Origin: an uncultured Actinomycetota bacterium
GTDB taxonomy: Bacteria; Actinomycetota; Actinomycetes; S36-B12
NCBI GenBank assembly: GCA_963749905.1
Contig: CAVVOF010000006.1
Location: 318,379 to 382,378, forward strand
DNA length: 64,000 nt
Direction of reading: 5' to 3'
Positions within the stretch are counted from its first letter, which is position 1, and the number at the start of each line of letters is the position of its first letter. The position numbers were made by a program, and so were the translations under genes. The notes beneath the pieces were generated by a model. It made no database searches. It had not been told where the DNA came from and saw only the letters and a list, made by a program, of their open reading frames with translations. This document shows, one piece after another, positions 20,786 to 30,530 of the stretch.

Positions 20786-21853
20786 GTGAACACCGTCAAG
20801 GGCCTGCGTCGCCTGAGCATCGCCATCGCGACCGCCATGGCCATTGCCCTGCCAACCGCCATCCCCGCGCACGCCGCCGGCTCCGACGCCGGCCTCTACG
20901 GCGCCAGCGACCCGACGTACGACGGCGTGTACCGCCAGTCGCTGGCCCTGCTGGGCCTGGCCGCCAACGACATCACCCCGCCGACCAGCGCCATCGCCTG
21001 GCTGCTGGACCAGCAGTGCGCGGACGGGTCCTTCCAGGCGTACCGCGCCGACACCGGCCAGCCCTGCGCCAAGGCGGACCCGGCCAACTTCACCGGGCCG
21101 GACACCAACTCCACCGCCCTCGCGCTGATGGCGCTGATGGCCCTCGACGACAGCCGGGTCATGAACCTGAAGGCGCCGATCATGAACCGCATCGTCGACT
21201 CGGCCGAGTCCGCCGGCACGTGGCTGCGCAAGCAGCAGAACGCGGACGGCGGCTGGCCGTACTACGCCGGCGGCGCATCCGATGCCAACTCGACCGGCCT
21301 GTCGCTCGCCGCCGCCAACACCTGGGGCGGCACGTTCGGCTCGAAGCTGTACAAGAAGGCCTCCCGCTTCCTGGGCCGGCTCTCGTCATCCTGCGCCGAC
21401 GGCGGCGGGTTCGCCTACCAGTCCGGCAGCAAGCCCGACGGCTCCGCAACGTCTCAGGGCGTGGTCGGACTGGCCGGCTCCCTGCCGGTGAGCAAGCAGC
21501 CCACCGCCGCGGTGGCCGCGCCCTGCGCGAACACCGCCAAGGCGAAGGGGATCAGCTACCTCGCCAAGGGCCTGTCATCGACCGGCCTGCTGCCCTCCTC
21601 GCTCGGCGGCATCGACTACTCGTCGACGGCCATGGCCGTGCTCGGCCTGACCGAGGCGCGGCAGGGCCGAGCGTCCATCCGCAAGGCCACTGCGGCACTG
21701 AAGGCCAGCGCCGACGAGTTCGTGACCGGCAACGGCACCAACCCGGGAGCCGCGGGCCTGCTGCTGATGGTCGCCGAGGCGACCGGCTCGAAGCCCACCG
21801 CGTTCGGCGGGGTCAACCTGGTCAGCACCCTGGCCTCGTCCATCCGCGGCTAG
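20786..21853 (+). CDS. secreted prenyltransferase/squalene-cyclase-repeat (alpha/alpha barrel) protein, putative cobamide-binding
   Basis: Signal peptide ending AHA-A; WLLDQQCADGSF, DTNSTA, WLRKQQNADGGW, DANSTG repeats; first gene after the riboswitch. Confidence 0.8.
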   Translation: MNTVKGLRRLSIAIATAMAIALPTAIPAHAAGSDAGLYGASDPTYDGVYRQSLALLGLAANDITPPTSAIAWLLDQQCADGSFQAYRADTGQPCAKADPANFTGPDTNSTALALMALMALDDSRVMNLKAPIMNRIVDSAESAGTWLRKQQNADGGWPYYAGGASDANSTGLSLAAANTWGGTFGSKLYKKASRFLGRLSSSCADGGGFAYQSGSKPDGSATSQGVVGLAGSLPVSKQPTAAVAAPCANTAKAKGISYLAKGLSSTGLLPSSLGGIDYSSTAMAVLGLTEARQGRASIRKATAALKASADEFVTGNGTNPGAAGLLLMVAEATGSKPTAFGGVNLVSTLASSIRG

Positions 21854-21866
21854 CGGACCTCCGCAC

Positions 21867-22592
21867 ATGAGGACGAGGGCGATCGCGCGGGCGGCCGGTG
21901 CACTGGCACTGGCAGCGTCGTCGATCGCCCTCGTCACCTCTCCGGCCCAGGCGGCCGCCTATCGCTACTGGACCTACTGGCAGGCGCCTGCCGCAGCCGG
22001 GACGTGGGCTTTCGCCACCCAGGGCCCCGGCACCGCGGTTCCCGCGGACGGCGACGTGGAGGGCTGGGCGTTCGGCGTCACCACCCAGTCAGCCGACCCC
22101 GACGACGCACCCGCCACCGCGCCCGACTTCGCCGCCGTCTGCGCCGACACCGCCGCTGCCCCGGACGGCAAGCGGGTGGCCCTGATCATCGACTTCGGCC
22201 CAGCCGCCGTCGCGCCCGCGGGCCAGACACCGCCCGCCCCGGTGGCGCAGTGCGTGGTCGCCGCCCCCGACGCGACCGGCTACGACCTGCTGCGCTCGGT
22301 GGCCGAGGTCCGGACCGAGGACGGGCTGGTCTGCGGCGTCGCCGGCTACCCCGAGGGTGAGTGCGCGCCGGTCCTCAGCGACGCCGAGGCCGAGGACCTG
22401 CTCACCGCGGCGTCGGCCTCCGCGTCACCCGGGCCGGGCACGTCGACGCCCAGCCCGTCGGGCATGGCCGCGGCCGCGACCGGCCCGGCAACCGGTCCGG
22501 GCTCTGGCTCCCCGGTCGCCGTCCTGGCGGTGGCCGCCCTGCTCCTCGGCGGCGGCGCCCTCTGGTACCGGGGGCGACGCCGTGAGAGCTGA
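21867..22592 (+). CDS. SCO2322-family exported, C-terminally anchored protein
   Basis: Signal peptide, YRYWTYW, GDVEGWAF, IDFG, LVCGVAGYP, low-complexity stalk, TM helix and basic tail. Confidence 0.8.
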   Translation: MRTRAIARAAGALALAASSIALVTSPAQAAAYRYWTYWQAPAAAGTWAFATQGPGTAVPADGDVEGWAFGVTTQSADPDDAPATAPDFAAVCADTAAAPDGKRVALIIDFGPAAVAPAGQTPPAPVAQCVVAAPDATGYDLLRSVAEVRTEDGLVCGVAGYPEGECAPVLSDAEAEDLLTAASASASPGPGTSTPSPSGMAAAATGPATGPGSGSPVAVLAVAALLLGGGALWYRGRRRES

Positions 22593-23710
22593 CCGCACCG
22601 CCCGGTGGCTGCACCCGGGCGCATGGTGGGCCTGGGCGCTGGGGCTGGCCGCGGCCGCGAGTCGCACCACCAACCCGCTGATCCTCCTGCTGATCATCGC
22701 CGCCGCCGCCGTGGTCGTGGAGTCCCGCCGACCCAACGCGCCGTGGGCCAGGTCGTTCGGCTTCTTCGTCCGCCTCGGCATCCTCGTCATCGCCGTCCGC
22801 CTGCTGGTCCAAGTGCTGTTCAGCGCCTCGATCGGCACGACCGTCCTGCTCGACCTGCCGGGCATCCCGCTGCCGTCCTGGCTGGCCGGCGTCCGCCTCG
22901 GCGGCACGATCACCCTCGAGTCGATGCTCGTCGCCCTCTACGACGGACTGCGGCTGGCGACGATCCTCATCTGCGTGGGCTCCGCCAACGCGCTCGCCTC
23001 GCCGACGCGGTTGCTCAAGTCGGTGCCCGCGGCTCTCTACGAGCTCGGGGTGAGCGTCGTGGTGGCACTCACCTTCACTCCGCAGCTGATCGCTGACGTC
23101 GACCGACTGCGCAGCACCCGTCGCCTGCGCGGGCGGCGCACCTCTGGCCCGCGGGCCATCGCCGGCGCGGCGGTCCCGGTGCTCGAGGGAGCGCTGGAGC
23201 GCTCGGTGACCTTGGCTGCGGCCATGGACTCGCGCGGCTACGGGCGCCGCGGCCCGCAGTCCGTCAGTAGCCGCCGGCTCGTCGGCCGCCCTGCTCCTCG
23301 GCGGCCTCGTCGCGTCGTGCATCGGCGTGTACGCGCTCGTGTCCGCCGATTCGCCCGCGGCCCTCGGCCTGCCGATGCTCGCCGCCGGAGTGGGCGCGTC
23401 CATCGCCGCCGTGGCGCTCGCCAGCCGTACGTCCGTCCGCACCCGATACCGGCCGGACCCGTGGCGGTTGCCCGAGTGGCTCGTCGCAGGGGCCGGCGTG
23501 GTCACCGCGGGGCTGCTCGCCGCCGCATCGTGGCTCGGCGTTGCCGCCCTGACCGCGCCGACCGATCCGCCAGGCTGGCCCGCCCTGCCCCTCGTCGGCC
23601 TCCTCGCCGCCGCGATCGCCGCCACGCCCGCCCTGACCGCGCCCCCGCTGCCGCTCAACGTCCGCCACCAGCGGTCGACCGCCACCCGTGTTCCGGAGCC
23701 GGTCGCATGA
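22582..23710 (+). CDS. ECF transporter T component, CbiQ family (frameshift near 23280)
   Basis: LHPGAWW, ALERS..LAAAMDSRGYG, RTRYRPDPW. Confidence 0.88.
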
Positions 23711-25332
23711 TCCGGTTCGACGACGTCACCATCACCTATCCGGGTGCGCACGCGCCCGTGCTGGCGCACGTCGACCTCGCCATCCCCGAGGGTGAACTGG
23801 TCCTGGTGGTCGGCCGCACCGGATCGGGCAAGTCCACCCTGCTCAAGGCCATCAACGGCCTGGTGCCCCACTTCACCGGCGGCACCCTCTCCGGTCGCGT
23901 GGTCGTCAACGGCCGTGACACCCGGGAGTTCCCTCCCCGCGAGCTCGCCGACGTGGTGGGCGTCGTCCCCCAGGACCCGATGAGCGGCTTCGTCACCGAC
24001 GTCGTGGAGGACGAGCTGGCCTACGGCATGGAATGCCTGGGCATCCCGGCCGACGTGATGCGTCGCCGCGTCGAGGAGACCCTCGACCTGCTCGGCCTGG
24101 CCGACCTGCGCCACCGGGCGCTGGCCTCCCTGTCCGGGGGACAGCGTCAGCGCGTCGCCATCGGCGCGGTGCTCACCTCGCACCCCCGAATCCTCGTGCT
24201 GGACGAGCCGACCTCCGCCCTGGATCCCGGTGCCGCGGAGGAGGTGCTCGCCGCACTCCAGCGCTTGGTGCACGACCTCGGCGTGACCGTGGTGATGGCC
24301 GAGCACCGGCTCGAACGCGTCGTCCAGTACGCGGACCTCGTCGTCATCGTCCCCGGCGAGGGCCTGCCGGTGGTGGCCGGATCACCCTCCGAGGTCATGG
24401 CGCAATGCCCCCATCGCGCCGCCGGTCGTCGAGCTCGGCCGCCTCGCCGGCTGGCAGCCGCTGCCGCTCTCGGTGCGTGACGCCCGTCGGGCCGCCGGTC
24501 CGCTGAGAGACCTGCTCGTCGGCCGCACCCCGCACCTGCGCGCGGTGCGATCCACCACTCGGGTGTCCGCCACGACCGACCATCTCTCCGTCTCGTACCA
24601 GGACCACCAGGCGCTGCGCGACGTCCGCCTCGATGTTGGCGAGGGCGAGATCGTGGCCCTGATGGGCCGCAACGGGGCCGGCAAGTCCACCCTCCTCAAC
24701 GCGATGGTCGGCCTGGGCCCGCGCGTCACCGGCCTCGTCCAGGTCGGCGGAGCGGATCCCCGGTCTCTGCGAGGGTCCAGAGCTGCTGTCCCGGGTGGGA
24801 CTGGTGCCCCAGGAGCCAGGCGACCTGCTCGAGGCCACCACCGTCGCGGACGAGTGCCGAGCCGCGGATCGCGACGCCCAGTGCGAGCCCGGCACCACCC
24901 GGGCCCTGCTCGCGCTCATGGCGCCGGACATCGAGGACGGCACGCATCCGCGGGACCTGTCGGAGGGCCAGCGGCTGCTGGTCGCTCTCTGCGTCATCCT
25001 GGCCGCCCGGCCCCGGACTGCTGCTGCTCGACGAGCCGACGCGCGGATTGGACTATCCGACGAAGGCCCGGCTGGCCCGCGTGCTCGCCGACCTCGCGGA
25101 GGCCGGTCACGCCATCGTCCTGGCGACGCATGACGTGGAACTGGTCGCCGAGGTCGCCGACCGCGTCGTCATCCTCGCCGAGGGCGAGGTGGTGGCGGAC
25201 GGGCCGACCAGCCACGTGGTCACGTCGTCGCCCATGTTCGCCCCTCAGGTGTCGAAGATCCTCGCCCCCGCGTCGTGGCTGACCGTGGATCAGGTCGCCG
25301 CGGCCATCACCGGCGAGGAGGTGGCCGGATGA
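23707..25332 (+). CDS. ECF transporter duplicated ATPase (frameshifts near 24404, 24774, 25012)
   Basis: GRTGSGKST / LSGGQ / LDEPT, then GRNGAGKST / LSEGQ / LDEPTRGLD. Confidence 0.88.
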
Positions 25333-26157
25333 GCAGCGCCGTGCACCTCGGGCCCGCGTCGCGGCTGGCCATCGGCATGGTCTCCGCGGTCGGGCTGGTC
25401 GCCTTCCTGTGGCCGCTGGTGGCGGCCCCGGAGTCCGCGGCCGTCGCGCATGCGAGCGACGCACCGATCCTGTTCGCGGTGGTCGTCCCGCTCCTGCTCG
25501 TCGTCGTCCTCACGCAGGTGAGCGACGGTGGGATGGACGCCAAGGCCATCGCCATGCTCGGCGTGCTCAGCGCGGTCATCGCGGCCCTGCGCCCGCTGGG
25601 CGCCGGCACGGCGGGACTCGAGCCGATCTGGATCGTGCTCATCCTCGGCGGCCGCGCCCTCGGGCCCGGATTCGGCTTCAGCCTCGGAGCCGTCTCGATG
25701 TTCGCGTCCGCCCTCCTCACCGGTGGCGTGGGGCCGTGGCTGCCCTTCCAGATGCTCGGTGCCGCGTGGGTCGGCATGGGTGCCGGCCTGCTCCCGCAGT
25801 GGCGGGGGCGACGCGAACTGGTGCATGCTGGCCGCATACGGGGCGGTCGCGTGCGTGGCCTACGGCTTCCTGCTGAACCTGTGGTTCTGGCCGTTCATGG
25901 CCGGGCTGCCGGAGGCGATCGCCTTCACTCCGGGCGCGGGCATGGTCGAGAACATCGCGGCCTGGCTGCGGTTCTGCCTGGTGACCTCGCTCGGCTACGA
26001 CCTGCCACGAGCCGCCTTGACCGTGATCCTCATCGTGGTCGCCGGACGGCCGGTGCTCCTGGCGCTGCGCCGAATCTCGAGGCGCGCCGCCTTCGATGCG
26101 CCGGTGGAGTTCACGCCGACCGCGGAGCCGGCGCCGCCCGTGGCCGGGGTCCGCTGA
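25329..26157 (+). CDS. ECF transporter S component, probably cobalamin-specific (frameshift near 25824)
   Basis: KAIAMLGVL, GGVGPWLPFQM, LNLWFWPF, YDLPRA. Confidence 0.85.
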
Positions 26158-26158
26158 G

Positions 26159-27583
26159 GTGCGCATCACCCTCCTCGGCACCGGATCGGCCGACGGCTGG
26201 CCCAACCCCTTCTGCCGGTGCGCCTCCTGCTCGACAGAGCGCACGGCCGGACGGGCCCGCACCCCGAGCTCGGCCCTGGTCGACGACGTCCTGCTGATCG
26301 ACGCCGGGCCGACCACGCCGCACCTGCCGCCCGGCGGGCCGGCCCTCGACCACGTCGAGCACCTGCTCCTCACTCACGGTCATCCGGACCACCTGCACCC
26401 GGCGCTGCTGCTGACCCGTCACTGGACGAGCCCGCGCGCCGTCCTGCACGTCTGGGGGCCGCCGGCCGCCCTCGACCTGTGCCGCGACTGGATCGCGCCG
26501 GACGCACCCGTCGACCTGCACCCCCTGATCGCCGGCGACGAAATGGCCCTGGACACCGCAGGCGGGACGTACTCCGTGCAGGCGCTGCCGGCGCGGCATG
26601 ACCACGGCAATGGCGACGTGCTCGCCGCGGAGGCGCTGCTCTTCGACGTCACCGGTCCGGACGGGGGTCGGCTGCTGTACGCCACCGACACCGGACCGTT
26701 CACCGCCGAGGAGATCGGACTGGCTACCGATCCGTACGACGTCGTCGTACTCGACGAGACCTTCGGCGACACCCTGGACCACGGCACCGGACACCTCGAC
26801 CTCGCCCGCCTGCCGGCCCTGCTCGCCGACCTCCGCGCGCACGGCTGCGTCACTGCCGCGACGCGTGTCATCGCCACCCATCTGAGCCATCACAATCCGC
26901 CCACCCCCGAGCTGCGCCGGCGCCTGGCGCCGTTGGGAGTCGAGGTGCTCGCGGATCTCGCCTCCATCGACACGGCCGACGGAACAGGCTCCGACCGTCG
27001 CGGACGGCGCCTGCTCATCCTCGGGGGCGCCCGGTCCGGCAAGTCCCGGCACGCGGAGGAGCTGGCGGCCGACGCGACACGGGTCACCTACGTGGCCACC
27101 GGCGGGCAGCGCCCCGACGACGGCGAGTGGACGGAGCGGGTCCGGCGCCATCGCGAGCGACGCCCGGCTCGCTGGACGACCGTCGAGTCCTCCGACGTGA
27201 GCGCGGTGCTGGCCGGGACCCAGCCGGGCGAGACCGTCCTCGTCGACTGCCTGGCCCTGTGGCTGACCGCCGCCCTCGACGACATCGACGCGTGGTCACG
27301 GAGTGAGGCAGGCGGGCGGTCGGCCGTCGAGGACGAGGCGCACGAGCGGATCACCGCGCTCGTCGCCGCGATCGAGCGCTGCCCGAGCGAGCTGATCCTG
27401 GTCTCCAACGAGGTGGGCATGGGCGTGGTGCCGGCCACCTCTTCCGGGCGGCTCTTCCAGGACCTGCTCGGCAGTCTGAACGCGAGGGTGGCCGAGCAGG
27501 TCGACGAGGCGGTCATCGTGATCGCCGGACAGCTCCTGCCCCTCACCGCCCGCGCCACGAGCACGAGGAGCTCCCGTGACTGA
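26159..27583 (+). CDS. cobU: PhnP-like MBL-fold hydrolase fused to adenosylcobinamide kinase/guanylyltransferase
   Basis: N-part LLGTG, CRCASC, THGHPDH, YATDT, THLSH; C-part GGARSGKS, RHRERRP, LVDC, VSNEVG; one uninterrupted frame. Confidence 0.9.
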   Translation: MRITLLGTGSADGWPNPFCRCASCSTERTAGRARTPSSALVDDVLLIDAGPTTPHLPPGGPALDHVEHLLLTHGHPDHLHPALLLTRHWTSPRAVLHVWGPPAALDLCRDWIAPDAPVDLHPLIAGDEMALDTAGGTYSVQALPARHDHGNGDVLAAEALLFDVTGPDGGRLLYATDTGPFTAEEIGLATDPYDVVVLDETFGDTLDHGTGHLDLARLPALLADLRAHGCVTAATRVIATHLSHHNPPTPELRRRLAPLGVEVLADLASIDTADGTGSDRRGRRLLILGGARSGKSRHAEELAADATRVTYVATGGQRPDDGEWTERVRRHRERRPARWTTVESSDVSAVLAGTQPGETVLVDCLALWLTAALDDIDAWSRSEAGGRSAVEDEAHERITALVAAIERCPSELILVSNEVGMGVVPATSSGRLFQDLLGSLNARVAEQVDEAVIVIAGQLLPLTARATSTRSSRD

Positions 27584-28655
27584 CACCGTCGCCGCGCCTT
27601 CGATCCGCGCGGCCGATTCCGCCCGTGCGCGCCAGGCCACCCTGACCAAGCCGGCGGGCGCCCTCGGCCGCCTCGAGGATGCGTCCATCTGGATGGCGGC
27701 CGTGCAGGACCGCTGTCCGCCGACGCCGTTCCGGCATCCCCACTTGGTGATCCTGGCCGGCGACCACGGCGTCGCGCGGACGTCGGGTACGTCCGCCTAT
27801 CCACCGGAGGTGACTGCCCAGATGGTGGCCAACTTCGCGACCGGCGGAGCGGCCGCCACGGTGCTGGCTCGCCGGCTGGGGGCGTCGGTGCGAGTCGTCG
27901 ACGTCAGCGTCGATGCCGACCCCGCGTACCTCGAGTCCATCGACCCGACGATCGCCGCCCATCGGGTCCGTCGGGGCAGCGGCAGCATCGACCGCGAGGA
28001 CGCGATGACCGTCGACGAGTGCCGGACCGCCCTGGCCCTCGGGCGGCTGCTCGCCGACGAGGCCATCGACGCCGGCGCCGACGTGCTGCTGCCTGGGGAC
28101 ATGGGCATCGGCAACACCACCCCGGCTGCCGCGCTCATCGGCGTCGTGACCGGCGCTGACGCGGCCGGTGTCACCGGCCGAGGCACGGGAATCGACGACC
28201 CCACGCTGCAGCGCAAGCGCCAGGCCGTCGCGTCCGCCATGGCGCGCGCGACGGAGGTGGCCGACGACCCGGTGGCCGTGCTCACACGCATCGGCAGCCC
28301 CGACATCGCGGCGGCCGCTGGCCTGCTCGCGCAGTCCGCCAGCCGCGGCTGCCCGGTGGTGCTGGACGGCGTGGTGTCCGGGGCGGCGGCCCTGCTCGCC
28401 GACCAGCTCGCCCCTGGCGCGCGCGACTGGTGGATCGCCGGCCATCGATCTGCGGAACCGGCCGCCGGACTGGCCCTCGCCCACCTGGGACTCCACCCCC
28501 TGGTCGACCTCGGCCTGCGCCTGGGCGAGGGCACCGGAGCACTGCTTGCCCTGCCGCTGCTGGACGCCGCGGCCACCACCCTCGCGGAGATGGCCACCTT
28601 CGAAAGTGCCGGAGTCTCGGATCGGCAGGCCCCGGCAGCCGCGGCACGGACCTGA
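27576..28655 (+). CDS. cobT: nicotinate-nucleotide-dimethylbenzimidazole phosphoribosyltransferase
   Basis: LTKPAGALGRLE, GDHG, GDMGIGNTT, GRGTG, LRLGEGTGA, EMATF. Confidence 0.95.
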   Translation: MTDTVAAPSIRAADSARARQATLTKPAGALGRLEDASIWMAAVQDRCPPTPFRHPHLVILAGDHGVARTSGTSAYPPEVTAQMVANFATGGAAATVLARRLGASVRVVDVSVDADPAYLESIDPTIAAHRVRRGSGSIDREDAMTVDECRTALALGRLLADEAIDAGADVLLPGDMGIGNTTPAAALIGVVTGADAAGVTGRGTGIDDPTLQRKRQAVASAMARATEVADDPVAVLTRIGSPDIAAAAGLLAQSASRGCPVVLDGVVSGAAALLADQLAPGARDWWIAGHRSAEPAAGLALAHLGLHPLVDLGLRLGEGTGALLALPLLDAAATTLAEMATFESAGVSDRQAPAAAART

Positions 28656-28656
28656 C

Positions 28657-29433
28657 GTGCCCGATTCCGTGCGGCTGGCCTTCGGCACCTTCACCCGGAT
28701 CCCCGTACCCGCTCCGCGGGTCGTCGACTCCCGGGTCGCGGGCCGGGCGATCCTCCTCGGCCCGCTCGTCGGCCTCGTGCTCGCCCTCGTCGTCGGCATC
28801 GCCGCACAGGTGCTCGTCAGCCTCACCCCCGTCGGCGGCCTGCTCGGCGGCGTCCTCGCGGTCGGCGCCCTGGCCTGGCTGACCCGCGGACTGCACCTCG
28901 ACGGCCTCGCCGACACCGCGGACGCCCTCGGCAGCGGCCGGCCCGCCGACGAGGCACTCGCCATCGCCCGGCGCTCCGACATCGGGCCGTTCGGCGTGCT
29001 GGTGCTGGTCCTGCTGCTGGCGGCCGAGGCCGTCGCCCTCGGCCAGCTGCTGGACAGCGGCGCGGGCGCGGGCAGCCTCGTCGTCGCGGTGGTCGCCGGC
29101 CGGATCGCGATCGTGCTCGCCTGCCGCCGCTCGGTCCCCGCGGCCAGGCCTGACGGGCTGGGCGCGATGGTTGCGGGCAGCGTTCCCACCTGGGCGGCAT
29201 TGGGCTGGGCGGCGCTGTGGGTGGCCCTCAGCGCCGCCTCGGTCGCCCGCGCGCACGGTCCCGGGGTGGCCCTGGCCACGGCTGCGGCGGTGGCCGTCGG
29301 CCTCCTCGCCGGCGCATGGCTGACGGCGGTGGCGGTCCGCCGGCTCGGCGGCATCACCGGCGACGTGCTCGGCGCGGTCGCGGAGGTCGCAACCGTCGCC
29401 GTGCTCGTCATACTGGTCGCGCTGCCGGGCTGA
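28657..29433 (+). CDS. cobS: adenosylcobinamide-GDP ribazoletransferase
   Basis: FTRIP, GLHLDGLADTAD, IGPFG, GGITGDVLGA. Confidence 0.93.
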   Translation: MPDSVRLAFGTFTRIPVPAPRVVDSRVAGRAILLGPLVGLVLALVVGIAAQVLVSLTPVGGLLGGVLAVGALAWLTRGLHLDGLADTADALGSGRPADEALAIARRSDIGPFGVLVLVLLLAAEAVALGQLLDSGAGAGSLVVAVVAGRIAIVLACRRSVPAARPDGLGAMVAGSVPTWAALGWAALWVALSAASVARAHGPGVALATAAAVAVGLLAGAWLTAVAVRRLGGITGDVLGAVAEVATVAVLVILVALPG

Positions 29434-29466
29434 CCGGCGCCGTCCGCTCGAGCCGCGAGGAGTCGC

Positions 29467-30213
29467 ATGACCGCCGACCTGCCGCCGCTGACGGCTGACG
29501 CCATCGGCCGGGTCGAGGGCTCAGACGGAACCCGGGCCGTGCCACCGGCCGACGTGACCGGTGCTCTCGGCGATCTATGGACGTGGTGGCACTCGCTGGT
29601 GCCCGGCGCGTCGGTTGAGCCGCGGTGGCTGGACGGCCCGGACGGCCCGATCGCCGCGGCGATGGACGCTGGCGTGACCGCGGCGGACGCGGCGGTCGAT
29701 GCAGGCGTCACCCTGCTGATCCCCCGCGTCGCACGGCCCGACGACACGGTGGCCCGCACGGTCATCGGCCTGCTGACCCGCAAGGAGTCGTCCGCCGTCC
29801 TCGCTCAGCCGGCCGGCATGACGGATCGCGACTGGATGGTCGCCTGCGCGGACATCCGGGATCGGATGGCAGACGTGGTCGAGCATCGCGGCGAGCCGGT
29901 GCCCCTGCTCGACCACCTCGGCGCCGGCTCGCTGGCGGGCGTCGTCGGCATCCTGCTCGGGGCCGCGGCCCGTCGCACGCCCTGCCTCGTCGACGGCACC
30001 CCCGAACTCGCAGCCGCGCTCGTCGCGGACCGGCTGGCCTTCCGGGCGAAGGGCTGGTGGCGCGCCGGCGCGACGTCACCCGATCCCGCGCGCATCGCGG
30101 CCGTCGACCGCATCGATCTGACGCCGGGGCTGCCCCTGGACCTGAGCGATGACGCGGGACGTGGCGCCGAGGTCACCGTCGACCTGCTGGAGCTGCTCCT
30201 CTCGCGCGCCTGA
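29467..30213 (+). CDS. truncated, degenerate CobT-like protein
   Basis: GALGDL, AADAAVDAGVTLL, GAAARRTPCLVDG, PLDL...GRGA align to CobT; GDHG, GIGNTT and GEG motifs absent. Confidence 0.72.
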   Translation: MTADLPPLTADAIGRVEGSDGTRAVPPADVTGALGDLWTWWHSLVPGASVEPRWLDGPDGPIAAAMDAGVTAADAAVDAGVTLLIPRVARPDDTVARTVIGLLTRKESSAVLAQPAGMTDRDWMVACADIRDRMADVVEHRGEPVPLLDHLGAGSLAGVVGILLGAAARRTPCLVDGTPELAAALVADRLAFRAKGWWRAGATSPDPARIAAVDRIDLTPGLPLDLSDDAGRGAEVTVDLLELLLSRA

Positions 30214-30216
30214 GCG

Positions 30217-30486
30217 CTACGAGTCGAACTTGCGCATCTCCTCCTGGATTCGCGCCTCGCTGGGCTGCTTGGCGCGCGGCCCGAACGCGCCCCACGCGGT
30301 GAACAGCAGGGCGATGCCCATGCCGAACATGGCCCACATCGGCCAGAAGTAGCCACCGCCGGAGAACGCCCAGACCGCGATCAGGATGATCCACACGATG
30401 ACGAAGACGCCGAGCAGCTTCCAGAACCCGGACTGATCCCTCAGCCGCTTCTCGGCGGCGCGCCGCAGTGCCTCGTTGTCAGACAT
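30217..30486 (-). CDS. 2TM-domain small membrane protein
   Basis: Two TM helices, GYFWPMW, RIQEEM. Confidence 0.8.
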   Translation of the reverse strand: MSDNEALRRAAEKRLRDQSGFWKLLGVFVIVWIILIAVWAFSGGGYFWPMWAMFGMGIALLFTAWGAFGPRAKQPSEARIQEEMRKFDS

Positions 30487-30530
30487 GCCACCACGGTAGC
30501 CCCGAAACTGGCCGGATGGGGTGTGGCCGC

